Shown piece by piece: positions 1 to 10,200 of a stretch of 64,000 nt of DNA. This DNA is from Spirochaetia bacterium. GTDB taxonomy: Bacteria; Spirochaetota; Spirochaetia; UBA9216. Below the pieces are notes generated by a model, which made no database searches, was not told the origin of the DNA, and saw only the letters and a program-made list of their open reading frames with translations. The position numbers and the translations under genes are program-made. Where the stretch lies: contig CAXXYH010000003.1 in NCBI GenBank assembly GCA_963677925.2, positions 1,984,001-2,048,000 on the forward strand. Direction: 5' to 3'. Every line of letters starts with the position of its first letter. Position 1 is the first letter of the stretch.

Positions 1-796
1 AACCTCGCTCTACAATCTTGAGTTTAGCATAACCTTCTGTAAGCTGCATAGCGACAGCCCGTGCCACACTTCTGAGATCTTCAACAATAACACCTTCTCC
101 GTCAAACACTGCAATAAAATCATCACCCAGGGAACCGAATTCTTCAATATTCATATTAAGTGTAAATTGATAACTGGACTCCTCAGAATAATCATTAAAG
201 CTCAAACTTCCGTAGCTGTATCCTGTTGAAATTTTATCGACATCTAGCTCGGAATAATCCCATTGAGGCGCAGAGCTCTGCTCACCCCAGTCGTATTCTT
301 TCTCGAAGATATACCCCTCGCAATCTTCATTCACAGAATCGACCTCTATTCCCGGAACCCCTTCGCCCCAGGCCTCATTATCATCAGTGTCTCTACTGTC
401 GGAAAAGCCGTACAGGAGGGTAACCTCTGTTCCGTCAAAAAGATATCTGATACCGTAGGCTACAGTAACAGTTACAGTCCAGGTCACAGCATCCCCATTC
501 TCTGCTGTAACTGTATATTCAGCCGCAACTCCGTCTTCAATAGAATCTGGAACGCTTAAGACCGCAAGCTCAGAAACTGTAATTTCAGGCTCAAAGTCAG
601 ACAGGTCAATTGGTTTTACTGTTACTTCAAGAGTCCTTGCTTCAATATCAATTACCGGGTCACCAATAATATAGTCGGAAGCATAATCCAGAATTACAGC
701 CTCTGATGACCCGAACATGCTCGTAAACACATCACATCCTGAAAATAGAGCCAGCATCGAAATAATCATTAAAACTAACATTACTTGTTTTCTCAT
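1..796 (-). CDS. Putative lipoprotein, 3' end runs off the window edge (absent from the ORF track)
   Basis: ATG at 796 with GGAG upstream. Reads MRKQVMLVLMIISMLALFSG-C (lipobox), then an acidic beta-rich region with YTVTAENGDAVTWTVTVTV. The frame stays open to position 1. Confidence 0.8.
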   Translation of the reverse strand, partial: MRKQVMLVLMIISMLALFSGCDVFTSMFGSSEAVILDYASDYIIGDPVIDIEARTLEVTVKPIDLSDFEPEITVSELAVLSVPDSIEDGVAAEYTVTAENGDAVTWTVTVTVAYGIRYLFDGTEVTLLYGFSDSRDTDDNEAWGEGVPGIEVDSVNEDCEGYIFEKEYDWGEQSSAPQWDYSELDVDKISTGYSYGSLSFNDYSEESSYQFTLNMNIEEFGSLGDDFIAVFDGEGVIVEDLRSVARAVAMQLTEGYAKLKIVERG

Positions 797-927
797 ATAT
801 TTTTTCTCCTATTTGCAGGAGCTATATTATCAGCTGAAAAACTCAGTTTCAATTGAAACATTATAAATTTTTTAATGCCTGTGATATAATCAGAAACCTA
901 AAATTCAACTTAAGACAGGGAGCGTCT

Positions 928-2058
928 ATGAAAGCCTACAGAAGCAGAATTGAAAAATTATGTGATTGGATGGAAAAGGAAAATATTGATGCGGTTTTAA
1001 TCGAAGATGCCGAAAACCGGCGTTCAAAGAATCTCCAATACCTTTCCGGGATGGATTCAGACGCGCTTCTTATAATATTTTCCGATGCCAGCACTGTACT
1101 CGTCCCCTGGGATATCATAATGGCCGAGAAAACTGCCGCTGCAGATAAAATAATACCCTATGCCGAGTTTGAGCGGAATGCCGTAAAAGCTTTAAAATCC
1201 ATCTGCAGCAGTAAACTTGACAGCGGCAGAATAGAACTTTCCTCACGCACTCCGTATCTGCTCTATACTGAAATTACAGCAGAACTGCAGGGATTTGAGA
1301 TTGTCTGCCGGAACGATGGTGTGTCTGAAAAACTGCTTGAAATGAGATCGATAAAGGATGAGGCAGAGATTGCTCTATACCGCAAAGCAGGCGTTATGAC
1401 TAATAAACTGATAGAGGCCCTGGAAGCCGGATTCAGCAGCGGAAGTATCAAAACCGAAATCGATGCAGCCATGCTGATAGAAGCAGAATCCCGAAGGCTT
1501 GGAGCCGAGGGCCCGTCGTTTGAAACACTTGCGGCAGGACCAACCCGCTCCTGGGGGATACACTGCATTCCCGCCTACAGTGCCGGGCCCATAGGCGGAA
1601 CACTCAAAAACGGAGGCGGTCTGTCGATCATAGACTGCGGTCTGAAACTTGACGGCTACGCCACTGATATAACAATGACGGTCTGCAGAGGAACACTGTC
1701 TGAAAAACAGGAACAGATGGTAGAGCTTGTAAAAGAAGCTCACAGCATAGCCTTTAAGACGGCCGAACCGGGAATCTCGGCAGCCGGCATTGCCGAAGCC
1801 GTTGACTGCTTTTTTTCGACGAACGGATGGACTATGCCCCACAGCCTGGGACATGGAATAGGACTGGATGTTCACGAAGCACCGATTCTGAAAAATCATC
1901 CGCTGTACAACCGGCCTATGCTGCCTGGAATGATATTCACAATCGAACCGGGACTGTATGACTCCGAAGCCGGCGGAGTACGCTATGAAGATGATTTTAT
2001 CATTACTGAAACCGGAGTGGAAAAACTCACCTCGTCCCGTATCCTGAGGCTCCCGTAG
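928..2058 (+). CDS. Xaa-Pro aminopeptidase/dipeptidase, M24B family
   Basis: Creatinase-like N-domain plus DCG..YATDIT, HSLGHGIGLDVHE, FTIEPGLY and GGVRYEDD motifs. ATG at 928 follows GGGAG; the track's TTG at 853 lies in the promoter region. Confidence 0.92.
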   Translation: MKAYRSRIEKLCDWMEKENIDAVLIEDAENRRSKNLQYLSGMDSDALLIIFSDASTVLVPWDIIMAEKTAAADKIIPYAEFERNAVKALKSICSSKLDSGRIELSSRTPYLLYTEITAELQGFEIVCRNDGVSEKLLEMRSIKDEAEIALYRKAGVMTNKLIEALEAGFSSGSIKTEIDAAMLIEAESRRLGAEGPSFETLAAGPTRSWGIHCIPAYSAGPIGGTLKNGGGLSIIDCGLKLDGYATDITMTVCRGTLSEKQEQMVELVKEAHSIAFKTAEPGISAAGIAEAVDCFFSTNGWTMPHSLGHGIGLDVHEAPILKNHPLYNRPMLPGMIFTIEPGLYDSEAGGVRYEDDFIITETGVEKLTSSRILRLP

Positions 2059-2812
2059 AAACATTTTTCCAGATCCAGTAATTCTCATTAAAAAATACTG
2101 AAATAACTTCATCCTCCGAGAAGAAGCGATACGTCAGTCCGCTGTAAAGCCTTACCTGCAGTTCTCCATCATCAGCAATTATTTCAGGCACAAATGGATT
2201 ATCGCAGTGCCAGGTTCCGCTTGACGCCGGTATACTGAAATCAGCAGTTTCCCTGGATTTTACAGAACTCTCCCTGAACAGTCCGTAGCCCAGCCTGCTT
2301 TTGATTTTAAGGGGGTCAGCAAACCAGGGATCATAATTGTACTCTTCCGCAGATTTTTCCATTATCACATCCCTGAGCATAACCGCATTGAAGCCCTCAA
2401 ACAGTTCTCCCTGCAGAGCAAAATCATGGATTATTTCTGCAGCCGGACCGGATTCCCAGAACAGAACCAGACTGCCGGTATAGTCATCGGGAAAAAGACC
2501 TCCGGCCGGAAAACTGCTGCAGGTACTGTCTGAATACACGGGATAGACAAGTACCGGAAGATTCACCCCCTTGCTCATTTTTATAACCGGAGGTTCTTCC
2601 CCAGTCCAGGAATCTATAATCAGTTCTGCAAAACAGCAGCCTTCATCCGATACAGAATCCGGGTAAATTATGCGCCAGCTTTCACATCCCGGGAACTGCC
2701 GGCTATCCGGAAATTCAGGAATTACCAGTTCCACTGATATGCTGTCTGAAAAAAATGAGCATGAGCTGAACATCAACAGCGAGAATGTAATCAGTATTTT
2801 TTCAGGAGTCAC
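2027..2812 (-). CDS. Hypothetical lipoprotein
   Basis: Hydrophobic N-terminus ending in LMFSS-C. 261-aa ORF co-oriented with the upstream genes. Confidence 0.7.
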   Translation of the reverse strand: MTPEKILITFSLLMFSSCSFFSDSISVELVIPEFPDSRQFPGCESWRIIYPDSVSDEGCCFAELIIDSWTGEEPPVIKMSKGVNLPVLVYPVYSDSTCSSFPAGGLFPDDYTGSLVLFWESGPAAEIIHDFALQGELFEGFNAVMLRDVIMEKSAEEYNYDPWFADPLKIKSRLGYGLFRESSVKSRETADFSIPASSGTWHCDNPFVPEIIADDGELQVRLYSGLTYRFFSEDEVISVFFNENYWIWKNVSTGASGYGTR

Positions 2813-2832
2813 ATAGAAGTGAAAACAGCCGT

Positions 2833-3366
2833 CTATTTATGCTGCTTCAATTTCTGCCGGTAATTGTCACGGATCTCTTTGAGAATCGCTTTATACTCTT
2901 CACTCTGATAATCAGGGTAGGTCCATGGAAGCGCGTGGTAATCCTTTTTCATGTAAATGAGGGTAACTTCACCGTAGATTCCCTGTGTAAGCGGAATCCT
3001 GTGACCGACATTCTTGGTTGTCGCGAGTATGAGGCGGTTGAGATCAAGCAGCCCCGGATCGAGGTTGATACTGCGGTTTCCGGATTCCGGGGCATATTTC
3101 ATTTCTATTTTATTTGTCAGGATTTTAATCGGTCCAAGCCTGTCCGGCTGAACCAGTTCACGGAAGGAATAGAACCAGCGTTTGAGGCCGATCCCCATCT
3201 CGGGAGTATAATATTCGGTATAGTTGAAATCAAGGACAGGGCTTTCATAGTCCACCGGCCCGAAATGAGATTCAAGCTCGGTTACTATATCCTTTGAAGC
3301 ACCGGGATCTGCAGAAAGAACTCCGACAATCAGTGTTTCAGGTGAAAAATCAGCAGTAAGTCCCAT
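2833..3366 (-). CDS. DUF4416 family protein
   Basis: YTEYYTPEMG, RSINLDPG, LATTKNVGHRIPL, PWTYPDY motifs typical of DUF4416. Confidence 0.85.
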   Translation of the reverse strand: MGLTADFSPETLIVGVLSADPGASKDIVTELESHFGPVDYESPVLDFNYTEYYTPEMGIGLKRWFYSFRELVQPDRLGPIKILTNKIEMKYAPESGNRSINLDPGLLDLNRLILATTKNVGHRIPLTQGIYGEVTLIYMKKDYHALPWTYPDYQSEEYKAILKEIRDNYRQKLKQHK

Positions 3367-3379
3367 TTAAAATCTCCGA

Positions 3380-5278
3380 TCAGATTCCGGCTTTATATAT
3401 ACCCAGAATCCTGAAATCATCGGCAACATTTGTAATTTCCGCTACTGAAGCCTTGAATGCTTCAGGTGACGAAACTTCCAAATCCACGTAGAACATATAT
3501 TCCCAGGGTTTACCGTGAATGGGCCGTGACTCAAGTTTCTTCATATTAAGCCCCTGCTTGTCAAATAGCTGCAGGACTTTTACAAGGCTTCCTTTTTCAT
3601 CCTTAACAGAGAAAACAACCGTAGCCTTGTCACAGTCAACAGGCAGAGGGTGCTCCGACCTGGAGATTATGAAAAACCTGGTATAATTTACCGAATTGGT
3701 TTCAATACCGTCTCTGAGAATTTCCATCTTGTACACAGAAGCAGCCCTGGCCCCCGCTATAGCAGCAATATCAGTCGATTTCTGCTCAGCAACATAGGCA
3801 ACCGCGCCTGCAGTGTCGTAATAGGGAATCCTTTCAGCACTGAGTGTATCGAGATACTTTGAACACTGCAGCAGCCCCTGCGGGTGTGAATAAATTCTCT
3901 TTAGTTTAGAGATGTCAGTACCGGGCAGACCGATGAGGTTATGCTGGATTCTTATCTGCTTCTCCCCGACAATCTTCAGATCCGGGAACCTGAGGAAGAG
4001 GTCATAGCACTCATGAATGGAGCCTGTGAGCGCGTTCTCGATAGGGATTACCCCGTAGTCACTCTCTCCTTTGAAGACAGACTGGAAGGCATCCTCAAAG
4101 CGCTTACCGGGAAAGAATTCAATCTCTGCATTCTGAAAATGCTTCTCGGCGGCGGATTCGCTGTAGGCGCCGGGTTCTCCCTGGTATGAAACCTTCAGCT
4201 TTCCGCTTGTCGTAACAGCCTTCTCTCCAGAAGAACGGTAGATGTTGAAGCTTTTCTTAAGCGGTCTTGATATTTCCTTTCCGATAACCGGTCCAAGCGC
4301 CTCGATGTCGCGCATCAGCTTTTCAAACTGCGCGGGATACAGACTCTGCGGTCCGTCGGAAAGTGCCTGTTCAGGGTGAGGATGAACCTCAATCATCAGT
4401 CCGTCGGCTCCGGCGGCGACTGATGCCAGCGCCATCGGAGACACCTTACCTCGTATACCGGTACCATGGCTGGGGTCGCAGATAACCGGAAGATGACTTA
4501 GTTTCTTTATTATTGGAATAGCGGAGATATCAAGGGTATTCCTTGTGTATGTTTCAAAGGTACGGATACCGCGTTCACAGAAGATAACGCTGTCAGTACC
4601 GTGTGCAAGCAGATATTCAGCAGCCATCAGCCATTCTTCAATGGTTGCGGACAGGCCGCGCTTAAGTATTACAGGTTTACCGAGCTCTCCAACCGATTTC
4701 AGAAGCTCAAAGTTCTGCATATTACGTGCGCCTATCTGATAGATATCAACGTAATCACGCATAATATCAATATATGAAGGTGATACAATTTCGGTAGCTA
4801 TCGGCATGCCGTAGCGTTCACCTGCAGCCTTCATCCATTTAAGCCCTTTTTCACCATGCCCCTGGAAGGAGTATGGTGAGGTTCTGGGTTTAAATGCACC
4901 TCCGCGGAGAATGACGGCACCTGCTTCATACAGAGCTGCGGCAGCTTCTTCAATCTGCTCTTCGGATTCTACAGCACATGGGCCGGCAATAACTGCAACC
5001 CGGGGTCCGCCGATCAGTACTCCGCCGGCGTCAATAATAGTGTCCTCTTTTTTAAGCTCACGTGACGCCAGTTTATAGGGTTTTGATATTGGAATTACGG
5101 ACTTTACGCCCTCAAGAAGTTCAACGGCTCTGGGATCGATTGAGATCGATCCGACGGCTCCAAGGACAGTTTCCTCTTCCCCGACAATTTCCTTTACTTT
5201 AAATCCCCGGGTTTCCAGGAAGGATGAAATTTTATACTTCTGCTCTTCGGTAATATCTCTGTTTAGTATTATAATCAT
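3380..5278 (-). CDS. aroF: Fused type I-beta DAHP synthase / prephenate dehydratase-ACT
   Basis: N-terminal regulatory domain, then [32 protein letters not shown] and DPSHGTG (DAHPS). C-terminal part has [33 protein letters not shown] and KLESRP (PDT plus ACT). Confidence 0.93.
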   Translation of the reverse strand: MIIILNRDITEEQKYKISSFLETRGFKVKEIVGEEETVLGAVGSISIDPRAVELLEGVKSVIPISKPYKLASRELKKEDTIIDAGGVLIGGPRVAVIAGPCAVESEEQIEEAAAALYEAGAVILRGGAFKPRTSPYSFQGHGEKGLKWMKAAGERYGMPIATEIVSPSYIDIMRDYVDIYQIGARNMQNFELLKSVGELGKPVILKRGLSATIEEWLMAAEYLLAHGTDSVIFCERGIRTFETYTRNTLDISAIPIIKKLSHLPVICDPSHGTGIRGKVSPMALASVAAGADGLMIEVHPHPEQALSDGPQSLYPAQFEKLMRDIEALGPVIGKEISRPLKKSFNIYRSSGEKAVTTSGKLKVSYQGEPGAYSESAAEKHFQNAEIEFFPGKRFEDAFQSVFKGESDYGVIPIENALTGSIHECYDLFLRFPDLKIVGEKQIRIQHNLIGLPGTDISKLKRIYSHPQGLLQCSKYLDTLSAERIPYYDTAGAVAYVAEQKSTDIAAIAGARAASVYKMEILRDGIETNSVNYTRFFIISRSEHPLPVDCDKATVVFSVKDEKGSLVKVLQLFDKQGLNMKKLESRPIHGKPWEYMFYVDLEVSSPEAFKASVAEITNVADDFRILGIYKAGI

Positions 5279-5287
5279 GGTAAAACT

Positions 5288-6151
5288 CTATTTGAGAGCC
5301 TTACGGGTGTCAACTACCGGAATCAAATTCTTTTCAGCCTTTTTATCAGTTCTTATCTTTCCGGACCTTGAAATATATCTTTCGAAGTTACGTTCAAGCT
5401 CAGTACGGTAATTGAGAATCCTCGATATATGCTCTAGCGTCATCAGGGGTGCTCCTGCACCGCTTACCCGGTTATGGCCGGCATTGTAAATTGCGAGTGC
5501 AACTATTTCATTTTCACCCTGCTTTAAACAGTAGCTGAGGTATGACAGTCCGACCGCCGCGTTGGTCTGAATATTGAAGAAGTCGGCTGTTCTGAGCTCC
5601 GGAAAAGATTTAGAGTTAAGCTGAAAGAGCCCGCGGTCGATGCTCGAGGCATTGCGGTTGACCGCCTCGGGGTTAAATCCGCTTTCCGCCCACATCAGCG
5701 AAAAGGCAAGGGTGAAGGATATGCCGTTTTTATAGGCGTTTTCAATAACAGCTGAGGCTATTTCGGAGGAACCGGTGATTCCAGTATAGAAACTGTATAT
5801 TTCGGATCTGAATGAAGGATCCCTGTAAAGGGCATATCCCATATCTTCGTTATCTGAAAGAACTATTGTAGCTGCAAAACTTTCGGGTGAATAAAGGTCA
5901 AGTTCCTTGATTTCGGAGAAAACCTGATAATCTCCGATAAGCTCAGCCTCCCCGAGCCATGAAACATGCTCTGATAATGCCGAATCGGTGCCGGCATTGA
6001 AAAGGGAAAGAACTGAGAAGATGATTACGGCACAGAAAACTGTCCGTATTTTTTTGAAAGAGAGGCGCAAAAAATGTCTCCTTATATTTAAACCGGCTGA
6101 GGACTCAGCCGGATTCTGTCGACCTTGTGTTATAGAGAAGAATTTGCACAA
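5288..6151 (-). CDS. Lytic transglycosylase, SLT domain
   Basis: MWAESGFNPEA (catalytic Glu), RGLFQLN, ALAIYNAG. N-terminal hydrophobic anchor. Start codon uncertain. Confidence 0.85.
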   Translation of the reverse strand: MCKFFSITQGRQNPAESSAGLNIRRHFLRLSFKKIRTVFCAVIIFSVLSLFNAGTDSALSEHVSWLGEAELIGDYQVFSEIKELDLYSPESFAATIVLSDNEDMGYALYRDPSFRSEIYSFYTGITGSSEIASAVIENAYKNGISFTLAFSLMWAESGFNPEAVNRNASSIDRGLFQLNSKSFPELRTADFFNIQTNAAVGLSYLSYCLKQGENEIVALAIYNAGHNRVSGAGAPLMTLEHISRILNYRTELERNFERYISRSGKIRTDKKAEKNLIPVVDTRKALK

Positions 6152-6197
6152 ATATCAGCAAAAAATCAAGTTCAGGATCAGCGATCCGGGTGAATTT

Positions 6198-7157
6198 CTA
6201 TGCCTGAAAAAGGATTGGTACAATAACCGGAACAAGAAGTGAGAGTATTGCCCCGCTGGCAACCGAAAGCGGAACCTTGGCTGGTCCGCAGCATTTTTCT
6301 ATAAGAGGGAGGGTAACATCCATACTGGTAGCACCTGCAATCCCGATGGCAACATCCTTAAACCTGGTCCGTCCGATGAAGGGAATGGTTATCAGGGCTA
6401 TGGTCTCTCTAAGTATATTGGAAAGAAAGGCGACTGAACCAAGATAGGGATCACCCATATCGGTGATAAGCACTCCGGATAACGAATACCAGCCGAAACC
6501 GGAAACTACAGCCGCGGCGTTTCTGACGGGTACGCTGAACAGAACTGCCGGCAGAAGACTTCCGGCAATTGTACCAGCTACAACAAGAACCGGAAGAATA
6601 AGAGCCTGAAAGCCTGAAAGCGATTCTTTAAGGCTGACTCCATTTTTTACGAGGTCTATTCCGATGGTAAACAGCAGAAATCTCAGCATCCATGTAGAAA
6701 CATCCTCACCTGTGAACCCAGGAATATGGATAAGACTTCCTGAAATAAAACCGACAATGACGGCCGCCAGCAGTCTGAGCGGATCTTTAAGGCTGGAAAG
6801 CCTGAAGCCCCCGGACTGCCGTTCAGAAGGAGAATTCCTGCAGCTCTCATCCTGCCCGCCAGCCGGGACTGCTGCCTTTGTAAAACGGAAGCGCACTGCA
6901 TAGTAAAAATAAAGAACAGCAGCGGTTCCGGCAGCTGCTGCAATCGCAAAGACTACCGACATTACACCGATATTAACTATTTGAGCAGGATCAGTGACTG
7001 AAGAGATCCTGAAGCCCATAAAAAACAGCAGAAGATACAGCAATACTGCTGAAATTTTTCCTATCAGAGAAGATTTTCTGACAGCAGGAAGCAATGCGGA
7101 AAGCATTCCTGCAGCAATGAAGACCAATAGTGATAAAAGAGATAAAACAGCAGACAT
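6198..7157 (-). CDS. LysO (DUF340) family lysine exporter
   Basis: Multi-TM protein with SGFGWYSLSG, NILRE and GATSMDVTLP motifs. Confidence 0.88.
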   Translation of the reverse strand: MSAVLSLLSLLVFIAAGMLSALLPAVRKSSLIGKISAVLLYLLLFFMGFRISSVTDPAQIVNIGVMSVVFAIAAAAGTAAVLYFYYAVRFRFTKAAVPAGGQDESCRNSPSERQSGGFRLSSLKDPLRLLAAVIVGFISGSLIHIPGFTGEDVSTWMLRFLLFTIGIDLVKNGVSLKESLSGFQALILPVLVVAGTIAGSLLPAVLFSVPVRNAAAVVSGFGWYSLSGVLITDMGDPYLGSVAFLSNILRETIALITIPFIGRTRFKDVAIGIAGATSMDVTLPLIEKCCGPAKVPLSVASGAILSLLVPVIVPILFQA

Positions 7158-7161
7158 ATGC

Positions 7162-7198
7162 CATATTGATACTGTATGAAATTAATAATATCAATATG
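7162..7198. promoter_or_regulatory. Perfect 10-bp inverted repeat CATATTGATA-N17-TATCAATATG, candidate operator
   Basis: Arms at 7162-7171 and 7189-7198, between the divergent lysO-like and ABC ATPase genes. Confidence 0.45.
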
Positions 7199-7241
7199 AT
7201 TCAGCACTTTAATTGACTTTTACGGGTATTTTGATATTCTT

Positions 7242-7985
7242 ATGATCGAAATGGCGGAATATAGAATCCGGATAAAGGATGCCAGCAAACACTTCGGCGA
7301 TATTCAGGCTCTGAAAAACGCAAACCTAAATGTCAGGCCCGGAGAAGTCGTACTGGTAATCGGCCCCTCAGGAAGCGGTAAAAGCACAATGCTTCGATGT
7401 GTGAACCGCCTTGAGAACCTTACCTCCGGTGAAATATGGGTTGATGACGACTGCGTTACTGATCCTAAATCCGATATACGGAAAATCAGAGAAGAAGTCG
7501 GAATGGTTTTCCAGAACTTCAATCTTTTCAGCCACATAACGGCACTTGAAAACATATCCCTTGCACTCAAAACCGTTAAAAAACTGCCTAAAAACGAGGC
7601 GGAGGAAACTGCACGCAAGTTTCTTGCACGGGTAGGACTGGCCGAAAAGGAAAACGCATACCCGCAGCAGCTCTCCGGCGGTCAGCAGCAGCGTGTGGCC
7701 ATAGCCAGGGCACTGGCAATGAATCCAAGAGTCATGCTTTTTGATGAACCTACCAGTGCACTTGATCCTGAAATGATTAAAGAAGTACTCGATGTTATGC
7801 TGGACCTTGCAAAAGAAGGAATGACCATGATGGTTGTTTCACATGAGATGGGATTTGCAAGGGCAGCGGCAGATCGGGTTGTTTTTATGGACGATGGAGA
7901 GATCATTGAAACAGGGTCACCTGAACAGGTCTTCGACTCGCCCGCTGAGGAAAGAACAAAAACCTTTCTCAGACACATCCTGTAA
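7242..7985 (+). CDS. Polar amino-acid ABC transporter ATP-binding protein (GlnQ-like)
   Basis: [45 protein letters not shown]. The true start may be the ATG at 7251. Confidence 0.93.
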   Translation: MIEMAEYRIRIKDASKHFGDIQALKNANLNVRPGEVVLVIGPSGSGKSTMLRCVNRLENLTSGEIWVDDDCVTDPKSDIRKIREEVGMVFQNFNLFSHITALENISLALKTVKKLPKNEAEETARKFLARVGLAEKENAYPQQLSGGQQQRVAIARALAMNPRVMLFDEPTSALDPEMIKEVLDVMLDLAKEGMTMMVVSHEMGFARAAADRVVFMDDGEIIETGSPEQVFDSPAEERTKTFLRHIL

Positions 7986-8006
7986 ACTAAAAAGAGAAAG
8001 GCTGAT

Positions 8007-9608
8007 ATGACCAGACGTCTGTACCTGTTAATAATGCTTATAATACTTCCCCTTTCTGCAATGGCGGAAGAAACCGGAATAACCGTAAGCTATGCATCCT
8101 CCGAATACGGACTGGATCCTGCGCATGCATTTACAACCACCGAGGCTCAGCTCTTCACAGCTGTTTACGAAGGACTGGTAAGCTACCATCCGCTCACACT
8201 GGAGCCAGTAGCCGCTGCTGCCGAGCGCTGGGTTGTTTCTCCTGACGGAAAAACCTACACATTCTTCCTGCGTCCAGAAGGACACTTCTGGAACGGTGAT
8301 CCGGTAAAAGCTACAAACTTCTCAGAGGCATGGTTCCGGCTGCTTTCTCCGGATGAGAATGCGGAGTACTCGTTTCTGCTGGATATAATTGAAGGCGCCC
8401 TTGACTACCGGACAGGGAAAACAGATGACCGGAGCACGGTCGGTATAAAGGCAATATCCGACTATATGCTTGAAGTGAAACTGAGGGAGCCGGCGGAATA
8501 CTTTTTAAAGATTCTCTGCCACCACAGTTTTTCCCCGGTTCATCCCCTGAACCTCGAAAACGGAAAATGGAAGTCAGGCCCATCCGCACTCGGAAACGGC
8601 CCGTTTTACATAACAAAGGCCGACAAGTCGCAGATTACACTGAAAAAGAACATCCTGTACTGGGACCAGAATAATATTGAAACTGATAAAATTAATATCG
8701 TATTTATTAATGACCCCCAGCTGGCAGCAGAACGCTTCAATAACGGAGAAATACAGTGGGCTCCGGATGGAGTATACCTTTCGATGGTGGAAGACAGCGA
8801 CAAGCTTGTTTCCAATCCGCTGTTTGCCACATCCTATTTCTTTTTTAATACTTCCAATGAAGCGCTAAAAAACGGCGATGTCAGAAGGGCGCTTGCTCTT
8901 ATTCTGCCTTGGAACGAAATACGAAATTCAAACAACTACTTTCTGCCTACAGCCACGCTGATTCCGGCAATTCCCGGATATCCCGCCGTAGAGGGCATTG
9001 ATAAAAGGGATTTTAAAGATGCGCTTCAGCTTCTTCATTCAGCAGGATACACAAAGGGAAGCGGAATTGGAAATATTGTAATCAGGGTTCCCAACGGCAA
9101 TCTTCCGTCATATATCGGTCAGATTATGAAGGAAACCTGGGAGAAATATCTTGATGTTACAGTTCAGATCGAAGTCCGCCCCTACCCCGACTACTACAGC
9201 GCGCTGAAACTAAACGACTATTCACTTGGAACAACAACATGGATCGGCGACTTTGCAGACCCTCTTACTTTTCTGCAGATGTGGACAAGCAACAGCAATC
9301 TTAACGATTCAAATTTTGCAGATCCGGATTATGACGGGCTGATAGCAAGGGCGGAAACTGAAGCTCCTGCACAGAGATATAAAACCCTTGCCGAAGCGGA
9401 ATCAATACTGCTCGAAACAGCCCTGGTACTACCGCTTGAAAACTACCCGGCCTTCAACCTTGTCGATCTTGACAGTCTTGAGGGTTGGTATCCGAATGTT
9501 CTGGACATTCATCCGTTCAGGTATTTCAGGCTAAAGGAGCCTCAGATGCCGGAAGGAGTTGTTGACAGCACAAAATCAAAAGATGCTGTACGTTTTGTAT
9601 CTTTTTAA
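8007..9608 (+). CDS. Peptide ABC transporter substrate-binding protein (OppA family, SBP_bac_5)
   Basis: Signal peptide, LDP, YEGLV, SPDGKTYTFFLR, GNGPF, WIGDFADP. Confidence 0.9.
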   Translation: MTRRLYLLIMLIILPLSAMAEETGITVSYASSEYGLDPAHAFTTTEAQLFTAVYEGLVSYHPLTLEPVAAAAERWVVSPDGKTYTFFLRPEGHFWNGDPVKATNFSEAWFRLLSPDENAEYSFLLDIIEGALDYRTGKTDDRSTVGIKAISDYMLEVKLREPAEYFLKILCHHSFSPVHPLNLENGKWKSGPSALGNGPFYITKADKSQITLKKNILYWDQNNIETDKINIVFINDPQLAAERFNNGEIQWAPDGVYLSMVEDSDKLVSNPLFATSYFFFNTSNEALKNGDVRRALALILPWNEIRNSNNYFLPTATLIPAIPGYPAVEGIDKRDFKDALQLLHSAGYTKGSGIGNIVIRVPNGNLPSYIGQIMKETWEKYLDVTVQIEVRPYPDYYSALKLNDYSLGTTTWIGDFADPLTFLQMWTSNSNLNDSNFADPDYDGLIARAETEAPAQRYKTLAEAESILLETALVLPLENYPAFNLVDLDSLEGWYPNVLDIHPFRYFRLKEPQMPEGVVDSTKSKDAVRFVSF

Positions 9609-9651
9609 TACGGATATAAATGATCGTTAATACCAAGATCAGGTACAGATA

Positions 9652-9680
9652 TTTACTCTCACAGACTTTTCAGGTATAAT
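9652..9680 (+). promoter_or_regulatory. Sigma70-type promoter of carD, apparently leaderless
   Basis: TTTACT (9652-57), 17 bp, TATAAT (9675-80). The ATG is 7 nt downstream. Confidence 0.6.
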
Positions 9681-9687
9681 AAAGGAT

Positions 9688-10200
9688 ATGGCCAAAACAG
9701 ATAGCAATGCAACGACCTTCAAGGTCAATCAGGAAGTAGTATACCCGCTTCAGGGTGTCGGAAAGATCATAAGTATTGAAACTAAAAAGTTCAAAAACAA
9801 CGATGTGCTTTACTACATCATCTATCTTGAAGTGTCTGACATGACAATAATGGTTCCGACCGACAAGGCTGAGGAACTCGGAATAAGGGCAATCGTCGAC
9901 AAGGAAGAATCCAAGAAAGCGCTTAAACTCATCTCTGAAGAGTATGAACCGGTTACAGCAGACTGGAAAATGCGCTATCAGATGAACCTTGACCTGCTAA
10001 AAAGCGGCAGCGTAACCGACATCGCCACTGTTGTCAGGACCCTCTATCACCGGAGTAAAGTCAAGGAACTTCCGATTCTTGAAAGAAAACTCTTCGATAA
10101 CGCACTCAAACTGCTTGTTGATGAAATTTCTTTTTCCCTTGGAAAAACCAAGCCGGAAGTTGAACAGCTTATCTTCAGCAAACTCGAAATAGAGGAATGA
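9688..10200 (+). CDS. carD: CarD/CdnL family RNAP-binding regulator
   Basis: VVYPLQGVGKI, MVP...LGIR and the conserved Trp in DWKMR. Classic carD-ispD-ispF synteny. Confidence 0.9.
   Translation: MAKTDSNATTFKVNQEVVYPLQGVGKIISIETKKFKNNDVLYYIIYLEVSDMTIMVPTDKAEELGIRAIVDKEESKKALKLISEEYEPVTADWKMRYQMNLDLLKSGSVTDIATVVRTLYHRSKVKELPILERKLFDNALKLLVDEISFSLGKTKPEVEQLIFSKLEIEE

Noticed and set aside
226-559. Plus-strand ORFs 226-423 and 263-559
   Set aside because: They are antisense shadows of the minus-strand lipoprotein gene (796 to the window edge).
846-859. Palindrome GTTTCAATTGAAAC between divergent genes
   Set aside because: It can be explained by back-to-back TTGAAA -35-like hexamers in AT-rich DNA, so there is insufficient support for an operator.
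1375-2112. Long antisense ORFs (this one, 18264-19010, 41905-42513, 57120-57695 and others)
   Set aside because: They overlap well-supported genes on the opposite strand and show no recognisable motifs.
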